Origin: an uncultured Lentisphaerota bacterium
Lineage (GTDB): Bacteria; Verrucomicrobiota; Kiritimatiellia; CAIQIC01
Assembly (NCBI GenBank): GCA_903912445.1
Contig: CAIWHP010000218.1
Coordinates: 36,329 to 100,328 of the forward strand
Direction of reading: 5' to 3'
Length of the DNA: 64,000 nucleotides
The position numbers and the translations under genes are program-made. Below the pieces are notes generated by a model, which made no database searches, was not told the origin of the DNA, and saw only the letters and a list, made by a program, of their open reading frames with translations. Below, one piece after another: positions 17,808 through 26,414 of this stretch (its first letter is position 1; every line of letters starts with the position of its first letter).

Positions 17808-17972
17808 ATGAGATTCTTGAGAAATTTGGGACGGCTGCTGAAGGAGTTCCTGGCTTTTGCCTGGCATAAAAAAGCCTGGTGGATCGTGCCCATGATCTTG
17901 GTGCTGCTGCTGCTGATGCTGTTGATTTTTACAGGTCAATCTGCGGCGCCCTTCATCTACACCTTGTTCTGA
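17808..17972 (+). CDS. DUF5989-like small membrane protein (54 aa); absent from the ORF track because it is <60 aa
   Basis: atg at 17808 to tga 17970-17972 encodes MRFLRNLGRLLKEFLAFAWHKKAWWIVPMILVLLLLMLLIFTGQSAAPFIYTLF; the K/R-rich N-terminus, single TM and APFIYTLF C-terminus match the DUF5989 pattern as I recall it. Confidence 0.5.
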   Translation: MRFLRNLGRLLKEFLAFAWHKKAWWIVPMILVLLLLMLLIFTGQSAAPFIYTLF

Positions 17973-18051
17973 GAGCGCTTGCTGCGTGGGTGGCGAGGAA
18001 GGCGCAAGGTGCAGGGACCAGCGCGGGCGAGGTGCGCCGGGCGCCTGAAGG

Positions 18052-21000
18052 ATGTTTCGCGTGATGGCTATGCCTACATTGAACCGCCTGCAAAAACTGG
18101 CGCTGCTGTTGATTGTCGCGCTCGGCTTCGGCCTGCGTTTTGGCGGGCTGGACCATGACCTGCACGAGGAAATCCAGTACCACCCCGACACGCCCAAGCA
18201 AGTGCGGGCGGTGCAGCGTTTTCTGGACGGACAATATTACGCCCACTTCGGGATCCTCGATTACGACGCCTACCCCTACCTCCATTCGCATATCGTGGAA
18301 TATATCAGCCGGGCGGGCTCGGCACTCCACGGGGGCATGCAGGCGCTGACCGGTGTGCCGGGGACGGAGTGGCGGCCGGATTACTATCAAATTTTTTGGC
18401 TGGCGTTGGGTTGGAATGCGCTGTTGTCCACGCTTTTGATCCTGCTGGTCTTCCAACTGGCGCGCGAGAACTGGGACCTGCGCGCGGCCTTCGCCGCCGC
18501 GTTCTTTCTTGCGGTCTCGCCGATGGATGTCATCGCCTGTCATTTTGCCGGCGCCGATACCACGGCCGGTTTTTTTGCCACCGTGACGGTCTTCTTTGCC
18601 TTGCGCATCTACCGCCTGGGGCGTATCCGGGACTATGCCTTGGCCGCGCTGTTTGCCGCCTGCGCTTTTTCCTCGAAATATCATGCGGGCATGGCCCTGC
18701 TGCCGGTGCTCGCGGCCCATGGTCTGCGCATGGGTTCGTGGCGCGCGCAGTGTACCCGCACGGCCGTGGGGCGGCTGGGCCTGCTGGGGCTGATCGGCCT
18801 CACGGCGCTGGTTCTGACCACGCCGGTTTTCTTGACGCACTTCACGGAGACGGTCCGCAATATCATTGGTTTCTTCAACCAGGTCACCAGTTTCCGTGGG
18901 GCCGATGAAACCATTCGCGCCAGTGGCTGGAGCACAAAGCTGGTCTTTGGCCTGCAGCACAACGTGCCGCTGCTCGTCCAGATTCTCGGGCCGCTGGCCT
19001 TTGTGGCCGCGCTGCTCGGCCTCAAGGAGGTGTTCCGGCGCCAGCCCGAACCGCGTGCCCTGATTCTGTATGTTCTGCCGCTCTGCTATTTTCTCGCTGG
19101 CGGCGGGCTCCGGCCGATGGCGCACCCCATCGTCCAAACGCTGACGACCCCGCTGGTCTTTGTGGCGGCGGGGTTGGTGTTCACGCGCCCCTGGCTCCGG
19201 TCCGTGCCGGAGCACCCGCTCCTGGCCGGCCTGCGCAAGGGCCTCATGGCGCTCGCGCTCGGGTTGTTGGCCCTGCACGCGGCCCGCGAGTCGTTCCTGT
19301 TCTGGCATCAGGACACCCGGCGGCTGGCTTTGGCTTGGACGGAGGAAAACGTTCCACCTGCCTGCGCCGTGCACACCGACAACTATTCGTTCTCCTCCGA
19401 TAAATTCGCGTCGCCAACCAACGCGACAGGCTGGTTTCAGGCGGTGGCCGCCCAGCCGCCGGCCGCACCCTATGGCCACCTGAAGAGCTTTTCGGTGGAA
19501 ACTGACGGGTTGCCGATTCATCGCAACATCCCTGTGCACCTCTTCCTACAGCCTTCCGCCTGGCTGCAACCGGGCTTCCAGCTGCCCATCGGCCAGCGCT
19601 CCGCCTCGGAAGACGGCAACCGCATCATCTGCGACAACGGGCCGGAATTCGTGCGGAGCGAAAAGCTGCTCAACCTGCAAGCGGCCGACAAGCCTGTGGT
19701 GCGCTGCCTGGTCAGTGCCACGCCGTTGCGTGAAGCATGGATTGGCGTGCAAAACGGCGCTGCGCCCAATTTCGTGGAAGTCCACTTTGGCGGCTCCTCA
19801 CGCCGCTCCAGCATGAAGCCCGGCGAGGTCAGCTGGTGGCGCATCCCCGCGCCTCGCGCCAGCTGGCCCATCGACCCCAACCATGCCTGGTACCGCCTGC
19901 GTGTCCAAGCCCACTACGGCCGCGCCCGCGTCTTGTTGGCGACACGGCCGGAGGAACTCGGCGTCTTCTTGTTCAACGCGGGCCGCTACGCTGACGCCTT
20001 GCCCTGTCTTTTGAAGACCACGGCCGCGCACCCAGCCCTGTTGGCCACCTTGGCGTTGATCTGCGCACAGCAGACCGGTCACGACCTGGCGCCGGCCACA
20101 CGCGCCCAACTAGAGCGACGTGCCCAGCCGCTGGCCGACATGCGCGACAGCGCCAGCTGCCGCCAGGTGGCCGGCATTGCTCCGGCCTATCTGGAGGCGC
20201 TCGATTTCATCAAGCTGGAGTGCGCCGGGTTTGTACACTCCCCCGGGTGCCGCCGGATCGACGACTTGGCGGCTGCGGGCCGGCTGGCACTTGAAAAGGT
20301 GCCTTTGACGGGGGCCGCAGCGACTAACTATCCGCCGTTTTCCATCTGCTCGCCGATGCTCCAACTCGACCCCGGCGTCTATACCCTGCAGCTGCGGGTC
20401 CGGGGCAGCGACCGGACCACCGCGCCACTCCGTTGGCGCATGGAAGCACAGGATATGTTTGGCGCCAGCCTCGCGGAGACCGACGTGGAACTGCCGCCGC
20501 TGGACAACCGTAATTACACCAACGTCACCGCCACCTTTCACATGCCGCTGGCGCCGCCCGAAGTCCGCCTGGTGTTCAAGCCGCAGACGTTGGACGGCGT
20601 GGTGCTCGACGAAGTGGCCATCAAGCCGGACGTGCTGGCAACCATCCGCTGGTTGCAGCAGACGCGACAGCAGGCCAGCCCGTTGCGCGGGGCGCTGCCA
20701 GCGCCAGCGTTGTTCCACCATAACGTGGATACGATTTTTCAGGGCGGTTTACGGTTGGAGCAAATAACGTGCGACCGGACGACGCTCCAACCCGGACAAG
20801 CGCTCCACGTTGGCGTCCAGTTCCGCCTGGAAGCACCCGGTTTGAACACCGCCGGCCTGGCCTTTTTTATTCACGTTGTGGATCCGACAGGGCAGATAGC
20901 GTTTCAGGGTGACTTTGGGCTGGCTGATCTGCTGCAGGTCTACGCACCACGCATTGCCGCACCGGCGCAAGCGTACAAGACCCTCGCGGTCCCGGCCACC

Positions 21001-21141
21001 CTGAAGGCCGGGGCCTACGCCCTCCGCGTAGGCGTCTGCCGGGTGGAAGACGGCAAGCGGTTGCGGGTGCAAAGCAGCCCCTTGCCCTATAAATCCAACG
21101 CCGTCCAGCTCCCGACCCCGCTGGTCATCGCTCCCCCTTGA
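18052..21141 (+). CDS. large GT-C fold membrane glycosyltransferase (ArnT/PMT-like) with TPR-like and tandem beta-sandwich C-terminal domains
   Basis: ATG at 18052; first ~450 aa are polytopic with PMT_2/ArnT-like loop motifs; then ~580 aa extracytoplasmic region with a TPR-like segment and two carbohydrate-binding-like beta-sandwich domains. Confidence 0.7.
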   Translation: MFRVMAMPTLNRLQKLALLLIVALGFGLRFGGLDHDLHEEIQYHPDTPKQVRAVQRFLDGQYYAHFGILDYDAYPYLHSHIVEYISRAGSALHGGMQALTGVPGTEWRPDYYQIFWLALGWNALLSTLLILLVFQLARENWDLRAAFAAAFFLAVSPMDVIACHFAGADTTAGFFATVTVFFALRIYRLGRIRDYALAALFAACAFSSKYHAGMALLPVLAAHGLRMGSWRAQCTRTAVGRLGLLGLIGLTALVLTTPVFLTHFTETVRNIIGFFNQVTSFRGADETIRASGWSTKLVFGLQHNVPLLVQILGPLAFVAALLGLKEVFRRQPEPRALILYVLPLCYFLAGGGLRPMAHPIVQTLTTPLVFVAAGLVFTRPWLRSVPEHPLLAGLRKGLMALALGLLALHAARESFLFWHQDTRRLALAWTEENVPPACAVHTDNYSFSSDKFASPTNATGWFQAVAAQPPAAPYGHLKSFSVETDGLPIHRNIPVHLFLQPSAWLQPGFQLPIGQRSASEDGNRIICDNGPEFVRSEKLLNLQAADKPVVRCLVSATPLREAWIGVQNGAAPNFVEVHFGGSSRRSSMKPGEVSWWRIPAPRASWPIDPNHAWYRLRVQAHYGRARVLLATRPEELGVFLFNAGRYADALPCLLKTTAAHPALLATLALICAQQTGHDLAPATRAQLERRAQPLADMRDSASCRQVAGIAPAYLEALDFIKLECAGFVHSPGCRRIDDLAAAGRLALEKVPLTGAAATNYPPFSICSPMLQLDPGVYTLQLRVRGSDRTTAPLRWRMEAQDMFGASLAETDVELPPLDNRNYTNVTATFHMPLAPPEVRLVFKPQTLDGVVLDEVAIKPDVLATIRWLQQTRQQASPLRGALPAPALFHHNVDTIFQGGLRLEQITCDRTTLQPGQALHVGVQFRLEAPGLNTAGLAFFIHVVDPTGQIAFQGDFGLADLLQVYAPRIAAPAQAYKTLAVPATLKAGAYALRVGVCRVEDGKRLRVQSSPLPYKSNAVQLPTPLVIAPP

Positions 21142-21311
21142 TTGCCCATGGAGAGGAAACCGGCCACCCGCGTTTCCGATACCGGGAACAGCCCTCAACC
21201 CGCAGCAAGGCCGGGGACGAGCGGATGCTGCTCACAGGGCACACCCGGCGTGCTTTCGAGTTGCCGCAGGCAGGGAAGCGCCTATACTCACGCGCAGGAG
21301 ACCAAGACCCT

Positions 21312-22016
21312 ATGAAAAGAAACTTGCGCGCTTTCCTCTGCTTGGGACTGCTGGGTGTGGCCATGCCTTGGCTGGCGGGCTGTGGCGGCGACTCGTCCGA
21401 TAGCACCGGCGCCGCTGCTGCCGCCGCCACCAACTCCTCCGACAGTGCTTCGGGCGATACCAACAGCGTGACGGACGCCTCGGGTACGCTGCCCCATTTC
21501 CCCGATGGACTGCATCCGGACGCCACCGCCAGCGCATCCATTGCGGCGGCGTTCAACGACCGTATTTCCAGCAGCCCCTCCGGGATTGGCGACAACGATC
21601 CGAACGTCATCGTCTGCCTGGGCGACAGCATCACGCTCTCCGGTTATCCTGGCATTCTCGCCGGCATGACCGGCAAGACCTGCGTCAATGAAGGGAAGCC
21701 TGGCGAGGAAAGCGGCGGCGGCGCGAGCCGGGTCGCCGGTGTTTTGGAAGCCAACAAACCGGCCTACCTCTGCATTATGTATGGATCGAACGACGTCCAC
21801 TCACACCTCTCGTTCGACTCCGTCATCAGCCATCTGGCCACCATCATTGCTTCAGCGCGCGCGCACAACACGATTCCGATTCTGGCCACCATTCCCCCGA
21901 TGTCCGGCCCCCGCTTCGGCGGCTTAGCCGGTGATGTACGCGATCTCAACAACATGATCCGCTCCCTGGCCTCCAGTTCCGGGACGGCGCTGGCGGATGT
22001 GGAACGCGAGTTCTGA
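21312..22016 (+). CDS. SGNH/GDSL hydrolase lipoprotein with long Ser/Asp/Ala-rich linker
   Basis: ATG at 21312 (aa 59 of ORF 21138); lipobox LAGCGG; ~80 aa low-complexity Ser/Thr/Asp/Ala linker; SGNH block I VIVCLGDSITLSG. Confidence 0.75.
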   Translation: MKRNLRAFLCLGLLGVAMPWLAGCGGDSSDSTGAAAAAATNSSDSASGDTNSVTDASGTLPHFPDGLHPDATASASIAAAFNDRISSSPSGIGDNDPNVIVCLGDSITLSGYPGILAGMTGKTCVNEGKPGEESGGGASRVAGVLEANKPAYLCIMYGSNDVHSHLSFDSVISHLATIIASARAHNTIPILATIPPMSGPRFGGLAGDVRDLNNMIRSLASSSGTALADVEREF

Positions 22017-22087
22017 ACGACCCTCCTTGGGGTCGCCGGTACGCCGCAGTGGGGCGGGAGTCACGGCCCGGCGGACGCGGGAAAAGA

Positions 22088-24112
22088 TCACGGACGCTTG
22101 CGCAGATAAGGCGCGGCGAGCAGGGTGTTCTCGGGAATGCCGCCGCCGCACCAACGGACACGCAGGGCGCCAGACTGGTCGTGCGAGAAGTGCTCCACCT
22201 TCAACGGATGCAGGCCGGCCGTGAGATGGACCTTGGCGGCGGTGCCGCTGGTGCTGAACCGCTGCCGGCGCCAGTTATCCAATACGCACTGGCCGTCGAG
22301 ATAGAAGCGGATACCGTCTGAGCTTTGGCTGTAGAAGATGTAGTCCGCCTCGCGCGGCACGTCCAGGTAGCCGGTCCAGCACGACGAGAAGCCGCCGGGC
22401 AGGATCCACCAGATCGGCGGATCCTCTTCAAAATCGCGGACCAGATCGTGCTCGACACCGCGCCAGGCCGGGAATTTCAGGCTGACATCCTGATAGTACG
22501 TCACGCTCAAGCCCTCCGGCCGGATCCAGCGGTTCACCTCGCCCGCCTCCAACAGAGACCAAAACAGGATGCCAACCACGAGGGCCCAGCGGACCGTGCG
22601 GCGCCGGTCGGCGAGCGTGACGGCGACCGACGGCGTTTCCAGGAACAGCTGGAGTGGCGCGGGCGTGGCAGCCCGCCGCCGCAGCCGCCGCCAGAGCAGC
22701 AGCCCCACCAGCGTCACCAGGACCAGCAGCGAGAACAGCAGGGTGACGTGGACGGAGCGCAGATAGGCGGGATCGTCCAGCGTGAGGATGTTGGGGAGGA
22801 GCAGATCCGGCGCACCGCAGATAAAGTTGCGCTCAATGGACTCCATCCGCCATAAAGCCCAGTGATAGCGGAGTTGGAGCAACAGCGCGGCCACGGCGGC
22901 CAACATACCGAAGCCAAGCCAGCGGATCTGAATGAAGCACTGATGCAGCCGCTGAAAACGCGCACAGGCCATCACCACCAGAAACACCAGCGGCAGGACC
23001 AGGAACCGCGAGGGCACGCGCTCGGTGTTCGGGACGGCGGCCGGCAGGAACGCAATGAATTGCTGATAGAAGTCGCCCAAGGAGAGGGCCAGCAGGATCA
23101 ACAAGGGCAGATAAAGGCCGCGAAAACGGGCGGCCGCGAGTTCCGGCCGCGCACTGAAGGCGAACCAGATGCCGAAGATGAAAAGGAACGCGACACCGAC
23201 CAGGCCTATGTACAGGTCGTATTCCCAGGGGAACAGCGCCTTCTTGAACAAGGCGGTCGAGTCCAGGCGGGCAAGGATGTCGGCGAGCGAGCCGAAGCCG
23301 CTCTCGAACTCCGCCGCCGAAAGTTTGCCGAGCGTCAGCGCGGCCGGCGCGAGGCGGAAGACCGACAACAGGCCGGTCAACGCCGCCGCCAGCAAGGCCG
23401 TCCAGCGGGCGCGGCTGCTGCAGAGGAACAGCAGGCCCAGAAAAATCATGCACAGCGCATAGAGATGAATCGAGCCCTGCAGCAGCACGAACAGGTTGAC
23501 CAGGGCGATCCGGACCCCGGTCTCGAAAACCGGCGCGCGGCGGTCGAGCGCGTCGAGGACGAAAGCGGCCAGCATGGCCAGGTAAAAATAGCCGTTCCAT
23601 TTGTGGCCCGCGGCGACGTGCGCAATGATGTGCCCGTTGAGATTGAACAGCAGGACCAAAACAAGGAACGCGACCGGCGACAGGTCGAGCCGGCGCCGCA
23701 ACATCAAACACCCCCAGAAACCGATGGCAAAATGCAGCAGGACATTGACGACCACGAACTGCTTCAGGGTCAGGAAGGCGAGCAGCGGGGCCTGCGGCGC
23801 GAGCCAGTAGAGCGCTTCCGGCACGGCCATGAACCGCTGTGTCGGCCGCAGCGGCTGCACCGGGGTCGACACATGATAGGGCGCCTGCTGGGTCTGCCAA
23901 GCCTGCTGGATGATGTGGTAGTACTGCTGCTCGACCTTCCAATCAATCGCATGGAAGAACGGCTCCGCCTCCTGGCACTTGAAGAACGAACACCAGAAGC
24001 CGCCGCCCAGCAACAGGACGAGCGCCAGGAAGAGCATCTGCATCCGCTTAAAGCGGCTGGCGGAAGGCGGACCAAACGCAAAGGTTAGAAAGTTGTCCAC
24101 CCAGGCGGGCAT
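22088..24112 (-). CDS. polytopic membrane protein fused to C-terminal PA14 domain (fused counterpart of the 12863..10931 gene pair)
   Basis: ATG at 24112 (aa 36 of GTG ORF ..24217); ~480 aa polytopic region, TM anchor, then PA14-like domain ending ...WCGGGIPENTLLAAPYLRKRP, near-identical to the ending of 10931..11743. Confidence 0.7.
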   Translation of the reverse strand: MPAWVDNFLTFAFGPPSASRFKRMQMLFLALVLLLGGGFWCSFFKCQEAEPFFHAIDWKVEQQYYHIIQQAWQTQQAPYHVSTPVQPLRPTQRFMAVPEALYWLAPQAPLLAFLTLKQFVVVNVLLHFAIGFWGCLMLRRRLDLSPVAFLVLVLLFNLNGHIIAHVAAGHKWNGYFYLAMLAAFVLDALDRRAPVFETGVRIALVNLFVLLQGSIHLYALCMIFLGLLFLCSSRARWTALLAAALTGLLSVFRLAPAALTLGKLSAAEFESGFGSLADILARLDSTALFKKALFPWEYDLYIGLVGVAFLFIFGIWFAFSARPELAAARFRGLYLPLLILLALSLGDFYQQFIAFLPAAVPNTERVPSRFLVLPLVFLVVMACARFQRLHQCFIQIRWLGFGMLAAVAALLLQLRYHWALWRMESIERNFICGAPDLLLPNILTLDDPAYLRSVHVTLLFSLLVLVTLVGLLLWRRLRRRAATPAPLQLFLETPSVAVTLADRRRTVRWALVVGILFWSLLEAGEVNRWIRPEGLSVTYYQDVSLKFPAWRGVEHDLVRDFEEDPPIWWILPGGFSSCWTGYLDVPREADYIFYSQSSDGIRFYLDGQCVLDNWRRQRFSTSGTAAKVHLTAGLHPLKVEHFSHDQSGALRVRWCGGGIPENTLLAAPYLRKRP

Positions 24113-24116
24113 GGCC

Positions 24117-24602
24117 TTACTTTTTTCCGGTGCGGATGAGCAGAATTTCCGCCTTGGAGACGTCCTGCTGCCGGCGGCGCTGGCGCAGCAAGCGGTGCAG
24201 GGCGCCCAATAATTCACGCTCGTATTTCTCGTCCGGCATCAACCGGTCCAAGAGGTCGGAAACGGCCACCTCCAACTGCTCGATCGCCGTGCCCGTCGGG
24301 ATCACCAGCAGATGCCGCGCCGGCGCGACCTCACCGAGCCGCAGCCACGGGATTTCCTGCAGCCGCCGGCTGGGCCCGACGATGATCACCGCTTCGTTGG
24401 GCCGCACCTCGACCACATCCACCAGGGGCCGTTCTTCCGCCTTAAAGCCGATGGCCAAGGTGGTCGCCTTGACGATGGCGCGTGCACGGTCGCCATGCAG
24501 GGCCGCGAGCTGCTGCAGGATGCGTTCCGGCAGCGTCACCGTGATGGGGCGGCGCGCCTCTTCGAATTTGGGTGGCCGCCCGCTGAGTTTACGTCGTTCC
24601 AT
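24117..24602 (-). CDS. putative ribbon-helix-helix-like regulator, 161 aa, paralog 2
   Basis: ATG at 24602 (aa 9 of ORF ..24626); MERRKLSGRPPKFEEARRPITVTLPERILQQLAALHGDRARAIVKA...; paralog of 5086..5565; stop (24117-24119) is 4 nt from the PA14 gene start, so the two are likely co-transcribed. Confidence 0.55.
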   Translation of the reverse strand: MERRKLSGRPPKFEEARRPITVTLPERILQQLAALHGDRARAIVKATTLAIGFKAEERPLVDVVEVRPNEAVIIVGPSRRLQEIPWLRLGEVAPARHLLVIPTGTAIEQLEVAVSDLLDRLMPDEKYERELLGALHRLLRQRRRQQDVSKAEILLIRTGKK

Positions 24603-24798
24603 AGTTTGTTCCTGCGGGGAAAACACCTTTGCGAAGTATTTTTACGTCATAATGCGCCATGTGACAACACCTTTTTCGCGCCACAGGCACCGGTGAATAG
24701 GACCGCCCGCCCAGAGGCGCGCGCCCTTGGAAACACTCCCGTCGGCTGGCCACAGTTCGGGACAGGCCAGCCTGTGTTGGACGGAGCAGCCGTGTGCG

Positions 24799-25371
24799 TC
24801 AATGCGCGATGTTTTGCATCCGACCGATCATCGCAAAAATCACGACGCCATAGACAATCATGAAGATGACCGTGAAGATGAACATCATGATGTAGCTCCA
24901 GCCCAGGGCCTTGAAGGCGCTACGCTGCTTCTCCAGCGCCGGCAGCATCGCCGGATCGATGCTGGGCAGCGTGTTGAACAGGTTCTTCGCGCCGATCAGA
25001 CCGACGCCACCGATGATCATCGGAATGCCATAGATCAGTCCGATGCAGGACAGGCAGGCGAACGCGCCACCGACGATGTGCATGACGCCGACAAAGGTCA
25101 TCCAGCCACCCAGCCCCTGCGGCACCGGCACGCCGCCTGTGACGGTGGCCGCTGCGACCGACACGCCCGCCGCGGAAGCCACGGGAGCGGCGGCGGACGG
25201 GGGTTGCAGCGCGGCTACGCTGCTCGCCGGCGCCCAGTTCGCCATGCCTTCGCTCCACACCAGCGTGGCCGCCGAAATGTGTCCGCTGGCGAGCAGTTGC
25301 TGCAGTTCGCTTTCCGGCACCGGCCCTTTTTTCTCCTGGCCATCTGCCGAGTAGAACCAATTCTTTTCCAT
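24799..25371 (-). CDS. DUF4339 (GYF-like) domain membrane protein
   Basis: ATG at 25371 (aa 24 of ORF ..25440); N-terminus MEKNWFYSADGQEKKGPVPESELQQLLASGHISAATLVWSEGMANWAPA matches the DUF4339 pattern; C-terminal half has 4 TM helices. Confidence 0.6.
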   Translation of the reverse strand: MEKNWFYSADGQEKKGPVPESELQQLLASGHISAATLVWSEGMANWAPASSVAALQPPSAAAPVASAAGVSVAAATVTGGVPVPQGLGGWMTFVGVMHIVGGAFACLSCIGLIYGIPMIIGGVGLIGAKNLFNTLPSIDPAMLPALEKQRSAFKALGWSYIMMFIFTVIFMIVYGVVIFAMIGRMQNIAH

Positions 25372-25546
25372 ATGCCTGACTCCCGTGGTTGAAGGTTGCG
25401 CGGAGCATAAGAAGTCGCCGCCCGAGAAGCAAGCAGGCACCGCGCAAAAAAGAGCCGGAGCGGCAACCGCGCCCCAGAAAGCTTCCGGCAGGCCCCCGCG
25501 AGGAACTGCCTATTTGGCTGCGACACCTGCGGCGGGGGGCGCCGCC

Positions 25547-26296
25547 TCAGCCGGGCGGGCGGCCACACAGCCGGCACCGCGGGTTACGGCGGACCGGCAC
25601 GACGCGGAACTGCATCTGCAGCGCGTCGAACGTCAGCAACCGGTCGGTCAGCAGCGTGCCACAGCCCGTGATGAATTTGATCGCCTCCAAGGCCTGCAGG
25701 GAACCGATCACACCAGGCACCGCGCCCAGCGGGCCCTGCGGCGGTCCGGCCGGGGTGGCCGGCGGCTCGTCGAACAGGCAGCGATAGCAAGCGGTCCGGC
25801 CGGGGATGACCGTCATCGTCTGCCCGAGGCAGGCGAGAATGCCGGCGTGGGAATAGGGTTTGCCGGCGGCATGGCAGGCATCGGCGATCAGGAACTTGCT
25901 GTCGAAGTTATCCGTCGCATCCACGACGAAGTCAAATTCTGCAAGGATCCGCGGCGCATTGGCGGCGGTCAGGCGTCCGGAAAGTTTCCGCACGCGACAA
26001 TCCGGATTGAGTGCCTCAAATGTGCGCTGCGCGGAATCCACTTTCGGCCGGCCGAGATCGGCGGTGGTGTGCGCGATCTGCCGTTGCAGGTTGCTCGCCT
26101 CCAGCACGTCGCCATCCATGATGCCGAGTGTGCCGATGCCCGCGGCGGCGAGATAGAGCCCCGTCGGCGAGCCCAGTCCGCCGACGCCGACCAGCAGCAC
26201 GCGCGCGGCCAGCAGGCGCTCCTGCCCGGCCGCGCCGATCTCCGGCAGCGTCAGGTGCCGCGCATACCGCTGTTGTTGGAAGGCTGATAGCGACAT
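25547..26296 (-). CDS. MoeB/ThiF-family E1-like adenylyltransferase
   Basis: ATG at 26296 (aa 108 of ORF ..26617); Rossmann GxGxxG motif VLLVGVGGLGSP; LQRQI...GRPKV; C-terminal CxxC pair (CYRC...CRLC). Confidence 0.8.
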   Translation of the reverse strand: MSLSAFQQQRYARHLTLPEIGAAGQERLLAARVLLVGVGGLGSPTGLYLAAAGIGTLGIMDGDVLEASNLQRQIAHTTADLGRPKVDSAQRTFEALNPDCRVRKLSGRLTAANAPRILAEFDFVVDATDNFDSKFLIADACHAAGKPYSHAGILACLGQTMTVIPGRTACYRCLFDEPPATPAGPPQGPLGAVPGVIGSLQALEAIKFITGCGTLLTDRLLTFDALQMQFRVVPVRRNPRCRLCGRPPG

Positions 26297-26414
26297 GGGA
26301 GAAGATGGTGAACGGTGGATGGTTGAGGGCGTCGGCAGTATAGCGCGGCTCCCCGTGGGAGCAACCACGATCATCTGCCCTGCACCCTGTCCCAGCCACC
26401 ATCCTCCATGTTTT

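Noticed and set aside
17601-18197. 198-aa minus-strand ORF across the DUF5989/GT-C intergenic region
   Set aside because: Overlaps the start of the well-supported GT-C gene and the DUF5989 micro-ORF, spans an AT-rich promoter-like region, and has a low-complexity translation; judged spurious.
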